The notes beneath the pieces were generated by a model. That model ran no database searches. It saw only the letters and a program-made list of their open reading frames with translations, and was not told the origin of the DNA. The translations under genes and the position numbers were made by a program. A stretch of 61,171 nt of DNA, counting the filler. It is 6 parts of 6 records of this genome, joined end to end, with 100 filler letters (N's around TTAATTAATTAA, not from the genome) between each part and the next. Parts side by side here need not be neighbours in the genome. Positions count along the whole stretch, not along the records: positions 7,453 to 16,611 come from SRR2962707_4186; positions 16,712 to 21,734 come from SRR2962707_4190; positions 21,835 to 28,414 come from SRR2962707_4194; 3 more parts are not named here. One strand, given 5' to 3'. Below, piece after piece: positions 13,501-23,518 of this stretch (the first letter of the stretch is position 1; each line of letters begins with the position of its first letter).

Positions 13501-15080
13501 GCAACCTACGAGCGAGCCGTTTCCGGAGAGCCACGAAGCTGGTACCGGCAGTACCGACGAGCAAAGCATGGGTGACAGCGACGACCATGTAGCGACGGAG
13601 AACGACCCCCAACCAACGGCAGTACGTACCAAAGCTAGCGAGAATAGGCCGGCATACCACGGCATGGGGGCTGGAGGTGATTTCCGTCTTCATCCCCAGT
13701 ATCGCTCTGTTTTCGAAGCCCCTGCTGTGCCGCAAGTGATGTCGACACCTTTAACTGCAGAACTGGGCAAACTCCGTCATCACATGCCATCCCGCGTGCA
13801 AGACGCGGGCATGGCTACGTCCCCTCTGGACTCTCCTTCGCATTTTGGAGCCAGCGCCGTGGGCAACAATGCCGGGGCGCAAGGGTTGTCAACGAATTTG
13901 ACAACAGGCAAGAGCACACACTCATCAATTTCAACAGCTTTTGAGGAAGATCTTCAGCGCCTCGCCGATTTGGAGCGACTGGCAGCCGGGCACGAAGCAA
14001 TGGACGGCTCTTCGCGACGCAGCAGTAGCCAAAGCTTTGACGAAGGGGGTTACCGTGGGATGGCGACGCCCCAGCAGCAGGGATTGGTCACGCAGCAAAA
14101 TCAAGAGGTGCCACAAAAATTTATTTTTGTTTAAGTTGACTGCAAGGAATTCATTCCTATTCGATTCTGCGCATGCTATGTGCAGAATCTCTTGTGAGTG
14201 GAAACCACAGCTAATGCTTCCTGGGCGCTGTTGTTGCTTGAATTCGATGTTTCCTTGTAGCGAGAACAAGAATCTGAGCACAGGCGGCGGCTTGAGGAGC
14301 AGCAAGAGCAACGCCTACGCGAGATGCAAGACGCCGTGCTGGCGCAACAGCAGGCTTCGCCGTTGTCACAACAACAAAACGTGCAGAATTTTCATCCGAA
14401 CGTCGCTCAAGGAGCACAACAAGATCTTGAAGAGCTTCACTCGATTGCTGGCTGGTTGGCCGGTGGTCATGCGGTGCTTGCATATTCAGAGCCAGTTGTA
14501 AGTGATGCGACTGGTGTGGAGCACAGTCCGCTTCCCACTGCCCATGGGATGGCGCCTGCAACGCTCTTGGTACTTGATGATGCTTCAACGGGCCGGTAAG
14601 CAATGGAACAATGACGAGCCAAGATCACCTGCAGCGTCATGCATTGCGAGCAGAATTCGTGGAGGCTTTATCTGATGTGTGCGCTTGTATGTGTGGCGCA
14701 GTCCGGCAGGAGACCTACTGTCGCTGCGAGTAGTGGTGCAGGATGCCAGTCCGGCTGCACATGCCTTCGTGGTCGACGTCTCGCTGGATGAAGTGGTTAC
14801 TGTTGGGGAGCTGCAACCGTATGACTCATCCTTCGTGCTTTCTGCGAGGTTAGTGCCTGCTTTCGGCGCGCATGGTGCGGGGTGGGTAAACTTTGTTGTT
14901 GCACTGTCGCCGCGGGTGCTCATCGCTGCTTGCGCAAAATGATGCCTTGGTCGTAGAACAAGGGGAGGTGTGGAATCAGTTGCTGCAATTAGTTGCGGTG
15001 GCGATGCTGAAACGTGTTTTTGGATCCGAGAGGGGCTTGCCAAGCTAGTGGCATATTCACGTCGAAACGGGTCGCCCTAA
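7562..15080 (+). CDS. Large multi-exon cytoskeletal/scaffold protein, probably 5'-partial: SAM-like, polyproline, WH2, CH, PH, further CH domains, coiled coil, C-terminal PH-like
   Basis: WH2-like GDLLTAIANGAGLKKR (~8948-8995) follows polyPro runs. A CH domain is split by introns (LLRWCQ..NFSQAWRSGK/AFCGVL..AFKLADERYGVPRLMD/PDDKCIMLYVSYLY). PH: SGILLKQGKHRHSWRRRFVEL..LCYFK/..REQMINWMRKV. CH-like DLRQDVRDGVLLARLL..HNIEKCL. The last exon reads ..WIREGLAKLVAYSRRNGSP*, with the stop at 15078-15080. It could be two genes. Confidence 0.6.
9745..9828 (+). repeat. Four-copy 21-bp in-frame tandem repeat (Q-[SP]-V-[RS]-E-P-x)
   Basis: cagtcggttcgcgagcccgag / cagccggtcagcgagcccggt / cagccagtcagagagcccggt / cagccggtcagcgagcccaag. 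Confidence 0.9.
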
Positions 15081-15233
15081 CTGAACCTGCCACGCGTGTC
15101 CAAAAGCAGTGCTCTGCGACTAACTTTACCAATAGATATCAATACGTGTGTATGTTGAAAGTGGAATTGTATTGCATGCCAAACGTTTGGGTCGGCGTGC
15201 AGTGCTTGATCATCTCGTCCAGTTTTAAAACCG

Positions 15234-16549
15234 TTAGCTTTGAGAGCGAGATGCGAGCGCAGATGCAAAGAAGTTACGATAAGCGGCGTACAGGTTGCAC
15301 GCCAAGCCGGTGCGCACGGATCGGAACAGGCAGCCAGCCCACAACCTTCGGATCAATGGCATGATTGATCCTTCACACGGGAGCCACACTCGTTTGTGGA
15401 GGACGTCGCGGTAATTGACACCGCTGTGCGCCAGGTCACAATTCAAGAATCACCAACAAGGGATGCGGCTTGTAAACCCGAAACACAAAAGACAACTCAG
15501 AGCATGGCGAGCGTGATAACAATTGCCTGCCGCGATTGTACATACCGATTGCGTTCGTCTTTCATCATGGCATTCACAGTCTGGCATGGCGCCGAAATCA
15601 TGCCAGCACTAAACCCGATCGAGAACCCCGAAGCGAAGCCTTCGAGCGTTAAAATTGGCTGCCCTTCAGCTGCAGGCCCACCGTCAGGACAAGCATCAAA
15701 TCTATTGCTGTCCGCGCGGGGAGCTTCTTTGTGCAACGCCCGACGACGCAGCCAGTAGTCCGTGCATAGTGGCGTGAGAACCGTTACAGATGCAATGTAG
15801 ATGAGCTCTCGCACGAACAGCGCTGAAAATCCTTGATACAATGCACGGACACCATTGTGCTGCACGTATGATTTGATTTGCGCCAAGGCGTTCTTGCTTG
15901 CAGCCTTTGTTCCCGTGTTTGCGGCCCGGCTCGGTGATTGCAACAGCTGGTCCATGACGATTTGCTTTTCGATCGGTTGTAAGCCAGCGCTGATGATGAG
16001 GGACGTAATGGAAGCTCCCGCGAGCCCACCAAGCAACCCGTTCCTTGGGCCAAACAAGGGGCTATCAAGCTAGGCAATTGAAGCACGGCAAAGGACAACC
16101 ACCAAGGCCATGCATTCGTCAGTACCACGCTCCCACCTGCATCCCTGCAGCGTGTGAACGGCACGCATTCTTCCGCAACCAGTTGCAACGCACGTTCTTG
16201 AAGCTCTGTGTGAGGCCCTCGACACCGATAGAGTACGGGATCAGCAACGTGCCAGCTGTCAACGCTCCACTGTACAAGTTGCCTTGACGAAAGGCGTGAA
16301 GCACCGACGCCTAGCAGGCACAGCAGCAGTCAAGCCACGCGCACTACGGCGTTCAATCCAAATTCAATCTCAATTCGACCAGCAGCGCCAATTCGCGCAC
16401 GAGCACCCGCGCAAGGGCCTCAGTTGCTCCAATGTCGCACGCACTCACTCACGCACCCCTGTCTCACGGCGAGTGGCCACAGTTAGCAGCGGATACAACA
16501 GCGCTAAGTCCGTGGCGCCCACAAACGCGCCTGTGACAGCGCCAATCAT
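15234..16549 (-). CDS. Mitochondrial carrier family (SLC25) protein, multi-exon, degenerate signature motifs
   Basis: Three carrier repeats: GAVTGAFVG..YPLLTVATRRE / ..GNLYSG; GGLAG..QPIEKQIV..HNGVRALYQGFSALFVRE; GFSAGMISAPCQTVNAMMK / ..RRLWAGCLFRSVR. Confidence 0.8.
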
Positions 16550-16562
16550 GACGGACTTGAGT

Positions 16563-16611
16563 CGGTAGGTAGGTAGGTAGATAGGTGGTGGTAGTAGTAG
16601 TAGTAGTAGTA
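16563..16611. repeat. (GGTA)n/(GTA)n microsatellite at contig end
   Basis: Seen directly. Confidence 0.9.
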
Positions 16612-16711
16612 NNNNNNNNNNNNNNNNNNNNNNNNNNNNNNNNNNNNNNNNNNNNTTAATTAATTAANNNNNNNNNNNNNNNNNNNNNNNNNNNNNNNNN
16701 NNNNNNNNNNN
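16612..16711. other. Artificial contig-joining spacer
   Basis: N44-TTAATTAATTAA-N44. Confidence 0.98.
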
Positions 16712-16737
16712 AGAGAGAGAGAGAGAGAGAGAGAGAG
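16712..16737. repeat. (AG)n microsatellite at contig start
   Basis: Seen directly. Confidence 0.95.
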
Positions 16738-17127
16738 GTAGCGCGCGAGAAAAAGTGAGGATGTGGGTCTGTAGCCGGAAACGACAAGCTGGGCCGCGAC
16801 CTGCCCGCAGACCCGCGCCACACACTTGAAGACGTTGGTTGTTGTGCAGCGAGCATTGTAGTATATCCGCGCAAACAAGGCTGTCTTTGTCGCGCGGGTG
16901 CGTACCTCCTCTCTCCTTTCCGACATACATACAGACATACAGACATTACAGACATTTACATACATACATACATACAGTGCGTACATCCTTACCACCGGCC
17001 CGAGCCATCCGCGCACCTGGTGCCAAGTCAATCAACCAATTGCGCTGTGGAGAGGGGCGGGTGGACTCGTTGTCGGGGTCCCTGAGTGTGCGCTTCTCGA
17101 TTCCACCGAGGCCGAGCTGCTGTCACA

Positions 17128-19303
17128 ATGTGGTCAAGCGGCTCCGACGATGAAGGAGAAGCTACTGGTTTTGCTCACACGAGTCGTCATGGAGCAGCAG
17201 CAGCAAATTCCAGCCCAGGACCAGGACCAGGAGCAAGACTGGCAGTGCCATCCGGACTGCGCGTTGGCCAAGGGCCAGTCACACCGTCCAAAGTCCGCTA
17301 CGAGGTGGAGAGCCTGCGACGCCAACACTTGATCAGCAAAAGCGACGAAGATGCGTTGCTGACGAGCGCTGGCCCAGCGAACGGACGCCACAACCGAAAC
17401 AGGGAAGTGACGAGTCGGGTGATGGACGTTTGCGCACAAATTCGTGAGGCCAAGGGTCGGGTGGGCGTGGGCTTGTTGGAGCCGGATCAATTTCGCGAGC
17501 ACAAGCGGAGACTCATCGACAGCGTCCGGCGCTCCGCCGCCACCGCGTCGCGGCGAGGCAGGAGCTACACTCGCCAAATCATCATGGCGACTGCCGCCAA
17601 ACAAGAGGAGCAACGAAAACAGCAGCAGCAGCAAGCTTACGCGCACGCGCTGCGTCCAAACCACCAGCAAGAGCACGGCGGGGAGGGTGGTGCTGTTGGA
17701 TCCCAAGGAAGTGGCGATGCTGGCCAGTGTGTTTCAGGCGAAGATTTCTCTTTGCCTGGCGACGGCGAGGCTCAGACCACGAAGGACAACGATGATGGTG
17801 AACCGAACGGCAGCAGTGGCGATGAGGCGTACGACGCTTCGCTCGAATTTCTTCGCGAGATGGGAGTCGAAATAAGTCAGGACGAAATGACAACGAATGC
17901 TGCGGCCAAGGCTGCTGTGGCTGCTGCAACTTCTGCTGCTGCGCGGCCGTCGTCGTCAGAACATGCAGTGACAGGAGCAGCAGACCGAGACGACGAGGAA
18001 GAAAACGCGCGCGCCTTCATATTTTCGCGTGGTGATCACGTTCAGGTGGTGGTGGATCCAGCCCGCGTGGAAGTGTCTTCAACGTTGCCAGCTTTGCGGT
18101 GGTTTTCGTGGAATCGCTTGAAAAGAGAAAAGGCCGGGAAAGTAGGAATTGTCGTTGGCATAGACAACGCAGACCAGGGAGAGGATAGCGCATTGCCGGG
18201 GCTGCTCCAGCACGCAGGCGCGGAAAGGAGAGAAAAACAGGAGGACGTTGGCGCTGCTACTGGTGGAGGAGGCGGAGGCGGAGGCAGTCGGGTGCATGTT
18301 CGGTTCCCGGACGAGCTGCGCTTTTGGTTCCCGGCATCCTTTCTTCGGCGAGTGCCCAAGTCCAGCCCAGCGGCGGCCGGCGTGGACGGGGACCGCCGCG
18401 ATGACGACCCATTCGACACCGTTGGCGGCCATGATGCTCGTGCACGTGACATCACCGCTGCGTCGGCTGAGAGCGCGGCGCCAGATGCTTCATCTTGGAC
18501 ACCGTCTGCAGTTGCGCACTTCGTGCAGCAGCTTGGGCGAAAGCGCTTGTGGACAACATACGCCCGAGCGTTGCTGAGAGAAGAAGTGGACGGTGCGACT
18601 CTGCGCGAGGCAGAGGTGGAGGATCTCGTGGAGTACGGTATCTCACGCTTGCATGCCCGCAAGATTCTTGCCCGCTTTCGGGCTGCGCTGTCGGAGGAGG
18701 CCCGGGCCGTCAGCCAGGACGAGGGCGCCATTTTTAAGTATTTGCGCACTGCAGATCGGAGTGTTGCGTACTTGGAGGATGTTATTGGTCAGGTGTGTGC
18801 ACGCTTCCCTGGGTCGATGCACGCTTGTGTTCGTTCCTACCGCGAAAAGCGAAGAAATGGTGCCCCGTGCTGCCATTGTTGGCCACATGCAAAAACCACA
18901 CCACTTTATCAGCCCTCTCGTTTCGTTGCCGTGTGGTTGCAAGGTTTCCGCAGATACCCAGGTCCAGCTCCGTGAAGCGGAGGCTGAATACTCTCGAGCA
19001 TTGGAGGAGCTCAACTCGGCATTTCAAGCTCGGGTGGTGACCATTCGTGACGGTGCGCAGTTACGTCTGGGTGCGCTGCAGTCGTTGCGCAAGATGGTGA
19101 CGTCCACCGTGCACGAGTGCGAGAGCTTGTGGAGCCTCCTTCAACAGCAAGCGCCGAAGCCACGCGCTTACTCTCCGCAAGACGAGGGACTTGGCGGGGA
19201 AGACGCAGCTGTGCAGCAGAAAATCGAAGCCACGCTGCAAAAAGTACGGCAGCTATCCAATCAGCAGATACTAAAGCGAGTGGCCTCCATTCAGGCGCAG
19301 TGA
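17128..19303 (+). CDS. Two-exon gene, join(17128..18792,18944..19303): Mind-bomb-type SH3-like repeat, SAM domain, C-terminal coiled coil
   Basis: SAM: WTPSAVAHFVQQLG..YARALLREEVDGATL..EDLVEYGISRLHARKIL. MIB-repeat-like: FSRGDHVQVVVD..W..GKVGIVVGID..VHVRFPD..WFPASFL. A phase-0 intron (gtgtgt..caag) joins the two ORFs. Confidence 0.7.
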
Positions 19304-19553
19304 CTTCCAGCGTGCGCGTCCTTATATAGTCAGCGGATAGTGGCGGTCGCCGGTCCATGGTGTGGTCTGAGTGAAGGCATGTCGTTTTTCGGGTCTCGCG
19401 GGCGCGCGGGCGTGCGACTATGCGACCGTGTGAGCGAGCGGTACGCTGGGTGCCAGGACCGAAGTTGGGCAGTCCCGACCTACAGCCGTCGTCCATCGTT
19501 CATACCTGCGTGAAACGCCCAGGGAAGCAGTTTTGAAGTGTAAAAATTATAGT

Positions 19554-21519
19554 TTATTGTGGCCCACCACCTCCGGAGTGATTCTGCCCGTGCGCCATGT
19601 CATCGTGCAGCACCTGGTCAAGGCGCAACACGTGCTCGGGCAGCGTTAGCTTCCCCGCGTCAAAGCACTGGTACAGGTCAGCCACCTGGTCGACGAATTG
19701 GATTTTGTCCCAAAACGAATTTTTGGCGGCAAACATGTTGAAGTACGAGCACACAGTCTTTACCCACACGGTTGGGTGGACAATAAACATCCGTTTTAGG
19801 TTGCGCTGGTACTTGGTGGGCAAAATGTAGAAACGATTTTTGAGGGTCCGATAGGAGGCACGCATTTTCGGGTCAAAGTTGCTGTGCAAGTAGACAAGAA
19901 CGTAGTCCCGATTGACGAGCGGCTCAAGCTTGTGAAGGAGAAACCTAAAACGACGGGGAGCAGCAGCGTAAGAGGGGGACCGTGCCGACTGCACCAGGGC
20001 GCTGAGACGACGGGCAAGCCAACAGGGTTTGCGTTTTCGTTGCTACTGCAGGCAATAGCATGGGACACGTACAAAAACGCCTGCTCCGACTCTTCCGCAT
20101 CGTGCTGGAAATGCGCGCCACACACCACAACGATAGGGCGGCCGTAGCAATCCGTCCCTGACACGTAGACAGGGTTCATTACTTCGAACTTGGTAAACTT
20201 CAGCGTGGCCGCCTTTTCCAGGTAGCGCGGGTACGCTTGCGACATCGGGCCGACGTACATGAGCTCGTCTAGGTTGGCACTGCTGGCCTCTGCCGTGCTG
20301 TCGGCGCGATCCTCGTCTGGGTCTGTCCTCATGCGGGCAAACCCCTTCTCGCGAAGCGCCTCGGAGATGTCCGAGACCGCTTTGGAAACGAACCCCTCGT
20401 CAAAGAGGGCAGACGTACCTACGAGTAGCAATGACCGAGACCAACACATGTCATTCCATCACCCCGGGAGAAAAAAAGTACAGACGTGCAAGTTCACTCC
20501 ACGCGCGCGTGCACGGGAAGCCTCGTCCCCAGGTCGGATCGGCAGATGGGCACAGGGGAGGCGCGACGCTGTCGGTGGCACCAAACCGCGGCGCAGTGCA
20601 CGGTTGGCAGGGGCCCCGCGTTTCACACACAAGCAAGCACCAACACACAGGCGAACACCAACACAAGCAAACATCACGCACGCTGCTTTTCGGAGGGGAG
20701 GCCGGCCTCCTGCAATGCCCCGTTAACGCGGATGGTACGCTCGGCCAGGATGATCTCGCCAAACTCGTTCCCCGTGTTCTTCGGCAGCAGACCCTGCTCG
20801 GCCGCCTCCTCCTCGGCGGTGTTGCGCGGAAAGTAGAGTGGCAGCACCTTTTTGTAGATTTGGTAATCTTTGGGGTTGTCGACGACCAGGACGACGTGGT
20901 CGATGGTGTCACCATAGTGCTCCAAGAAGCGGCGAGTGGTGCGAGCTGCCGTGTGCGCAGCTTCCTCGCGCGGGTAGCGCTTCTTGATTTTGTACAGGCA
21001 GGGGATGGCCACGGAGCGGAGGCGCTTCTCGCGGACAAAGGCCAAGCTGTTGCGGTAGCAGTTGTGCAGGGCGTTCTCGGCCGCGTTGCGGTACTTGAGG
21101 TGGTAACGCGGTCCCACCGTGTGGATGATGAACTTGCTCTGGAGCAGGTGCCCCGCCGAAATGATGGCATCTCCTGTGCGGCAGCTTTCTAGCGTCACGA
21201 GGTCGTCGGCCACCGAAGCCCCTGCGCGTGCAAGGATGGAGGCGCTGACACCCGAGTGGTCGTTCAGGCGCTCGTTGGTCGGGTTGACCATTGACTCCAC
21301 GTTGAGGTCGACAATGTTCCCGTGCCACAGGATGATCTTGCTGTTGAGGTCCTGCGACACTGGGAAGCGCACGGACTGCTTCGCCATCGCCGCGAACGGA
21401 TCCAGCTCATCATCGTCAGCGCCGGCGGCACCTGCGTTGCTCGAGTCCCCCTCCTCCGCGAGCGGGGACTGGGTCTGGGACCAGGGTATGAGGTCGGCAG
21501 GAGAGATGAGCTTCGACAT
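19554..21519 (-). CDS. GDAP2: GDAP2-like protein (macro domain + CRAL-TRIO/Sec14 domain), multi-exon
   Basis: Macro domain: FPVSQDLNSKIILWHGNI..CRTGDAIISAGHLLQSKFIIHTVGPRY..AAENALHNCY..AAHTAARTTRRFLE..LPLYFPR. CRAL-TRIO: YVSGTDCYGRPIVVVCG..DYVLVYLHS..KYQRNLKRMFIVHPTVW..LPEHV. Confidence 0.9.
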
Positions 21520-21708
21520 GGCTCTTTGTGCGTCGAGCGAAGAGGGAGGCGAAGGACGGAGCTCCAACGAAAACGAAGAGGCACACGCCAGGAAGTGCGA
21601 GGAATTCCTCCTCCCTGCGGTTCGCGATGCCAAAGACTGCGCCTGCTATCGACGGCTCAGCCGATTGCGAGTGCGACTGCTTCTACTATTCCTCAACAAC
21701 AGCTCGTA

Positions 21709-21734
21709 CCAGCAGCAGCAGCAGCAGCAGCAGC
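21709..21734. repeat. (CAG)n microsatellite at contig end
   Basis: Seen directly. Confidence 0.9.
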
Positions 21735-21834
21735 NNNNNNNNNNNNNNNNNNNNNNNNNNNNNNNNNNNNNNNNNNNNTTAATTAATTAANNNNNNNNNN
21801 NNNNNNNNNNNNNNNNNNNNNNNNNNNNNNNNNN
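21735..21834. other. Artificial contig-joining spacer
   Basis: N44-TTAATTAATTAA-N44. Confidence 0.98.
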
Positions 21835-21850
21835 GTTTTATTCCCCAGAG

Positions 21851-21970
21851 CCTGTTCTGAGTATCTTGAAGGGCTTTGTGTCTAGATGAGTTGAATTATT
21901 TTCTTTTAAATACCTTGTAGGCTTGTCACGAGGTGGTTGATTAGGAGGTTTCAGTACGCTCAGCCTAACA
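21851..21970. repeat. Cluster of degenerate REP-like short palindromic elements
   Basis: cctgttctgagtatcttgaaggg (21851-21873); imperfect hairpin accttgt..acgaggt (21912-21934); on the minus strand, tgttaggctgagcgtactgaaacc (~21947-21970). The first and third resemble the TGTC..CTGAGC..TCGAAG pattern at 22603-22650. Confidence 0.45.
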
Positions 21971-22021
21971 TATAGTTTAACTAAAAATGGAACAAGAACA
22001 GCATAACCGCTAATAAAATAA

Positions 22022-22576
22022 ATGAAGATTACAGAAACGAAATTAAAAGGTTGTTTTATTATAGAACCTCGTCTTTTTCAAGATGAGAGGGGGTACTTTT
22101 TCGAGAGTTTTAATAAAAATCAATTTAACAAGGCTATTGGAGAAGAGGTTAACTTTGTGCAAGACAATCAGTCTTTATCAAAAAGAGGAGCGGTAAGAGC
22201 GCTACATTACCAAGTTGGTGTATACGCACAAGCAAAATTAGTACGAGTTTTACAAGGGAAAGTGCTCGATGTAGCGGTAGACATCCGTAAAGATTCAGCT
22301 ACTTTTGGGGAGCATGTTGTGTTAGAGCTTTCCGCAGAAAATAAAAAGCAATTATTTATTCCAAGAGGATTTGCACATGGTTTTGTAGCGCTAAGTGAAA
22401 CAGCAGAGTTTTTCTATAAATGTGACAATTTTTATAATAAGGAAGCTGAAGGAGGAATTATTTATAATGACAAGACCCTTAATATTGATTGGCAAATCCC
22501 AGATTCAGAAGTTGTCTTATCAGAAAAAGACAGACAATTGCCTAGTTTTAAAGAAGCTATTTTAAAGTTTGATTGA
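22022..22576 (+). CDS. rfbC: dTDP-4-dehydrorhamnose 3,5-epimerase
   Basis: DERGYFFESF, FVQDNQSLS, RALHYQ, QAKLVRV, DVAVDIR, GFAHGF, YKCDNFY motifs. Confidence 0.97.
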   Translation: MKITETKLKGCFIIEPRLFQDERGYFFESFNKNQFNKAIGEEVNFVQDNQSLSKRGAVRALHYQVGVYAQAKLVRVLQGKVLDVAVDIRKDSATFGEHVVLELSAENKKQLFIPRGFAHGFVALSETAEFFYKCDNFYNKEAEGGIIYNDKTLNIDWQIPDSEVVLSEKDRQLPSFKEAILKFD

Positions 22577-23430
22577 TGATGAGCGATTTAAAACCTGAAA
22601 TATGTCACTCTGAGCAAGCTTGTGTTGAGCAAGGTCGAAGCATCGAAGAGCAAAAAAAAGTAACTATATTAGTAACTGGAGCTAATGGTCAGTTAGGACT
22701 TACTATTCAGAAATACAAAAAGGAATATGAAAATGCAGTGTTTATTTTTTGTACTTCAGAAGAATTAAATATTACAAATGAGGCTTCAATAGCAGAAGTA
22801 TTTAAAAAACACCAACCAGATTATTGTATTAATTGTGCAGCTTATACCAATGTAGAAAAAGCAGAAGAGGAACCAGGAAAAGCTTTTTTGGTAAATGCCG
22901 AAGGGGTTAAAAAAATAGCAGTAGCATGTAAGGAGTATCAAACAACACTAATCCATATTTCTACAGATTATGTTTTTGATGGAGAGAAAGGTACACCATA
23001 TACAGTAACCGACAAACCAAATCCTATTAATGAATATGGGAAGTCAAAGTTAAAGGGAGAGCAATGCATTCAAGAGCTCTTGACAGCGTATTTTATTATT
23101 CGTACTTCATGGTTGTATAGTAAGGAGTTTGGAAAGAATTTTTATAAAACAATAGTAGAGAAAGCAAAGGAAGGACAAGAGATTCGTGTTGTAGATAACC
23201 AAATAGGTTGCCCTACAGATACCGTAAACCTTCATTATTTTATAAAAGAACTTGTAGAGGGGAAAAACACCCTTTATGGAATAAAACACTATTGTGATAC
23301 AGAAATATTGAGTTGGTTTGATTTTGCAAAAAAAATAGTGAAACAGAATGAAATTGAAGAGGTTGAAGTTGTGTGTGATAACTCATATATAACCAAAGCA
23401 AAGAGGCCAAAGTATAGTGTGCTTCTATAG
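22576..23430 (+). CDS. rfbD: dTDP-4-dehydrorhamnose reductase with an N-terminal extension
   Basis: ILVTGANGQLG, NCAAYTNVEKAE, HISTDYVFDG, YGKSKLKGE, RTSWLYS. The ATG overlaps the rfbC stop (TGATG). Confidence 0.95.
   Translation: MMSDLKPEICHSEQACVEQGRSIEEQKKVTILVTGANGQLGLTIQKYKKEYENAVFIFCTSEELNITNEASIAEVFKKHQPDYCINCAAYTNVEKAEEEPGKAFLVNAEGVKKIAVACKEYQTTLIHISTDYVFDGEKGTPYTVTDKPNPINEYGKSKLKGEQCIQELLTAYFIIRTSWLYSKEFGKNFYKTIVEKAKEGQEIRVVDNQIGCPTDTVNLHYFIKELVEGKNTLYGIKHYCDTEILSWFDFAKKIVKQNEIEEVEVVCDNSYITKAKRPKYSVLL
22603..22650 (+). repeat. Nested REP-like element inside the 5' coding region of rfbD
   Basis: tgtcactctgagc-[aagcttgtgttgagcaaggtcgaagca]-tcgaagag contains two TGAGC..TCGAAG units, one inside the other, and is 48 bp long (in frame). 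Confidence 0.55.
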
Positions 23431-23455
23431 GTTAGTGTATTAATTCTTAAAAGTC

Positions 23456-23485
23456 TTGGAGATAAAGCCGATTATTGTATTTTTG
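23456..23485 (+). promoter_or_regulatory. Bacteroidota primary-sigma promoter for wecB (-33 TTG, -7 TAnnTTTG)
   Basis: TTG at 23456-23458, a 19-nt spacer, then TATTTTTG at 23478-23485, 33 nt before the wecB ATG. Confidence 0.6.
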
Positions 23486-23518
23486 TGCAAAATGTAAAAG
23501 AAATCTTAAAGGAATTTA

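Noticed and set aside
16740-17040. Possible small spliced minus-strand gene at the start of contig 3
   Set aside because: A donor-like gtaagg and a microsatellite-rich 'intron' are visible, but no frame gives a recognisable protein.
20674-21519. Macrodomain as a DarG antitoxin or viral macrodomain
   Set aside because: It is followed by intron-separated CRAL-TRIO exons, which is the conserved eukaryotic GDAP2 architecture.
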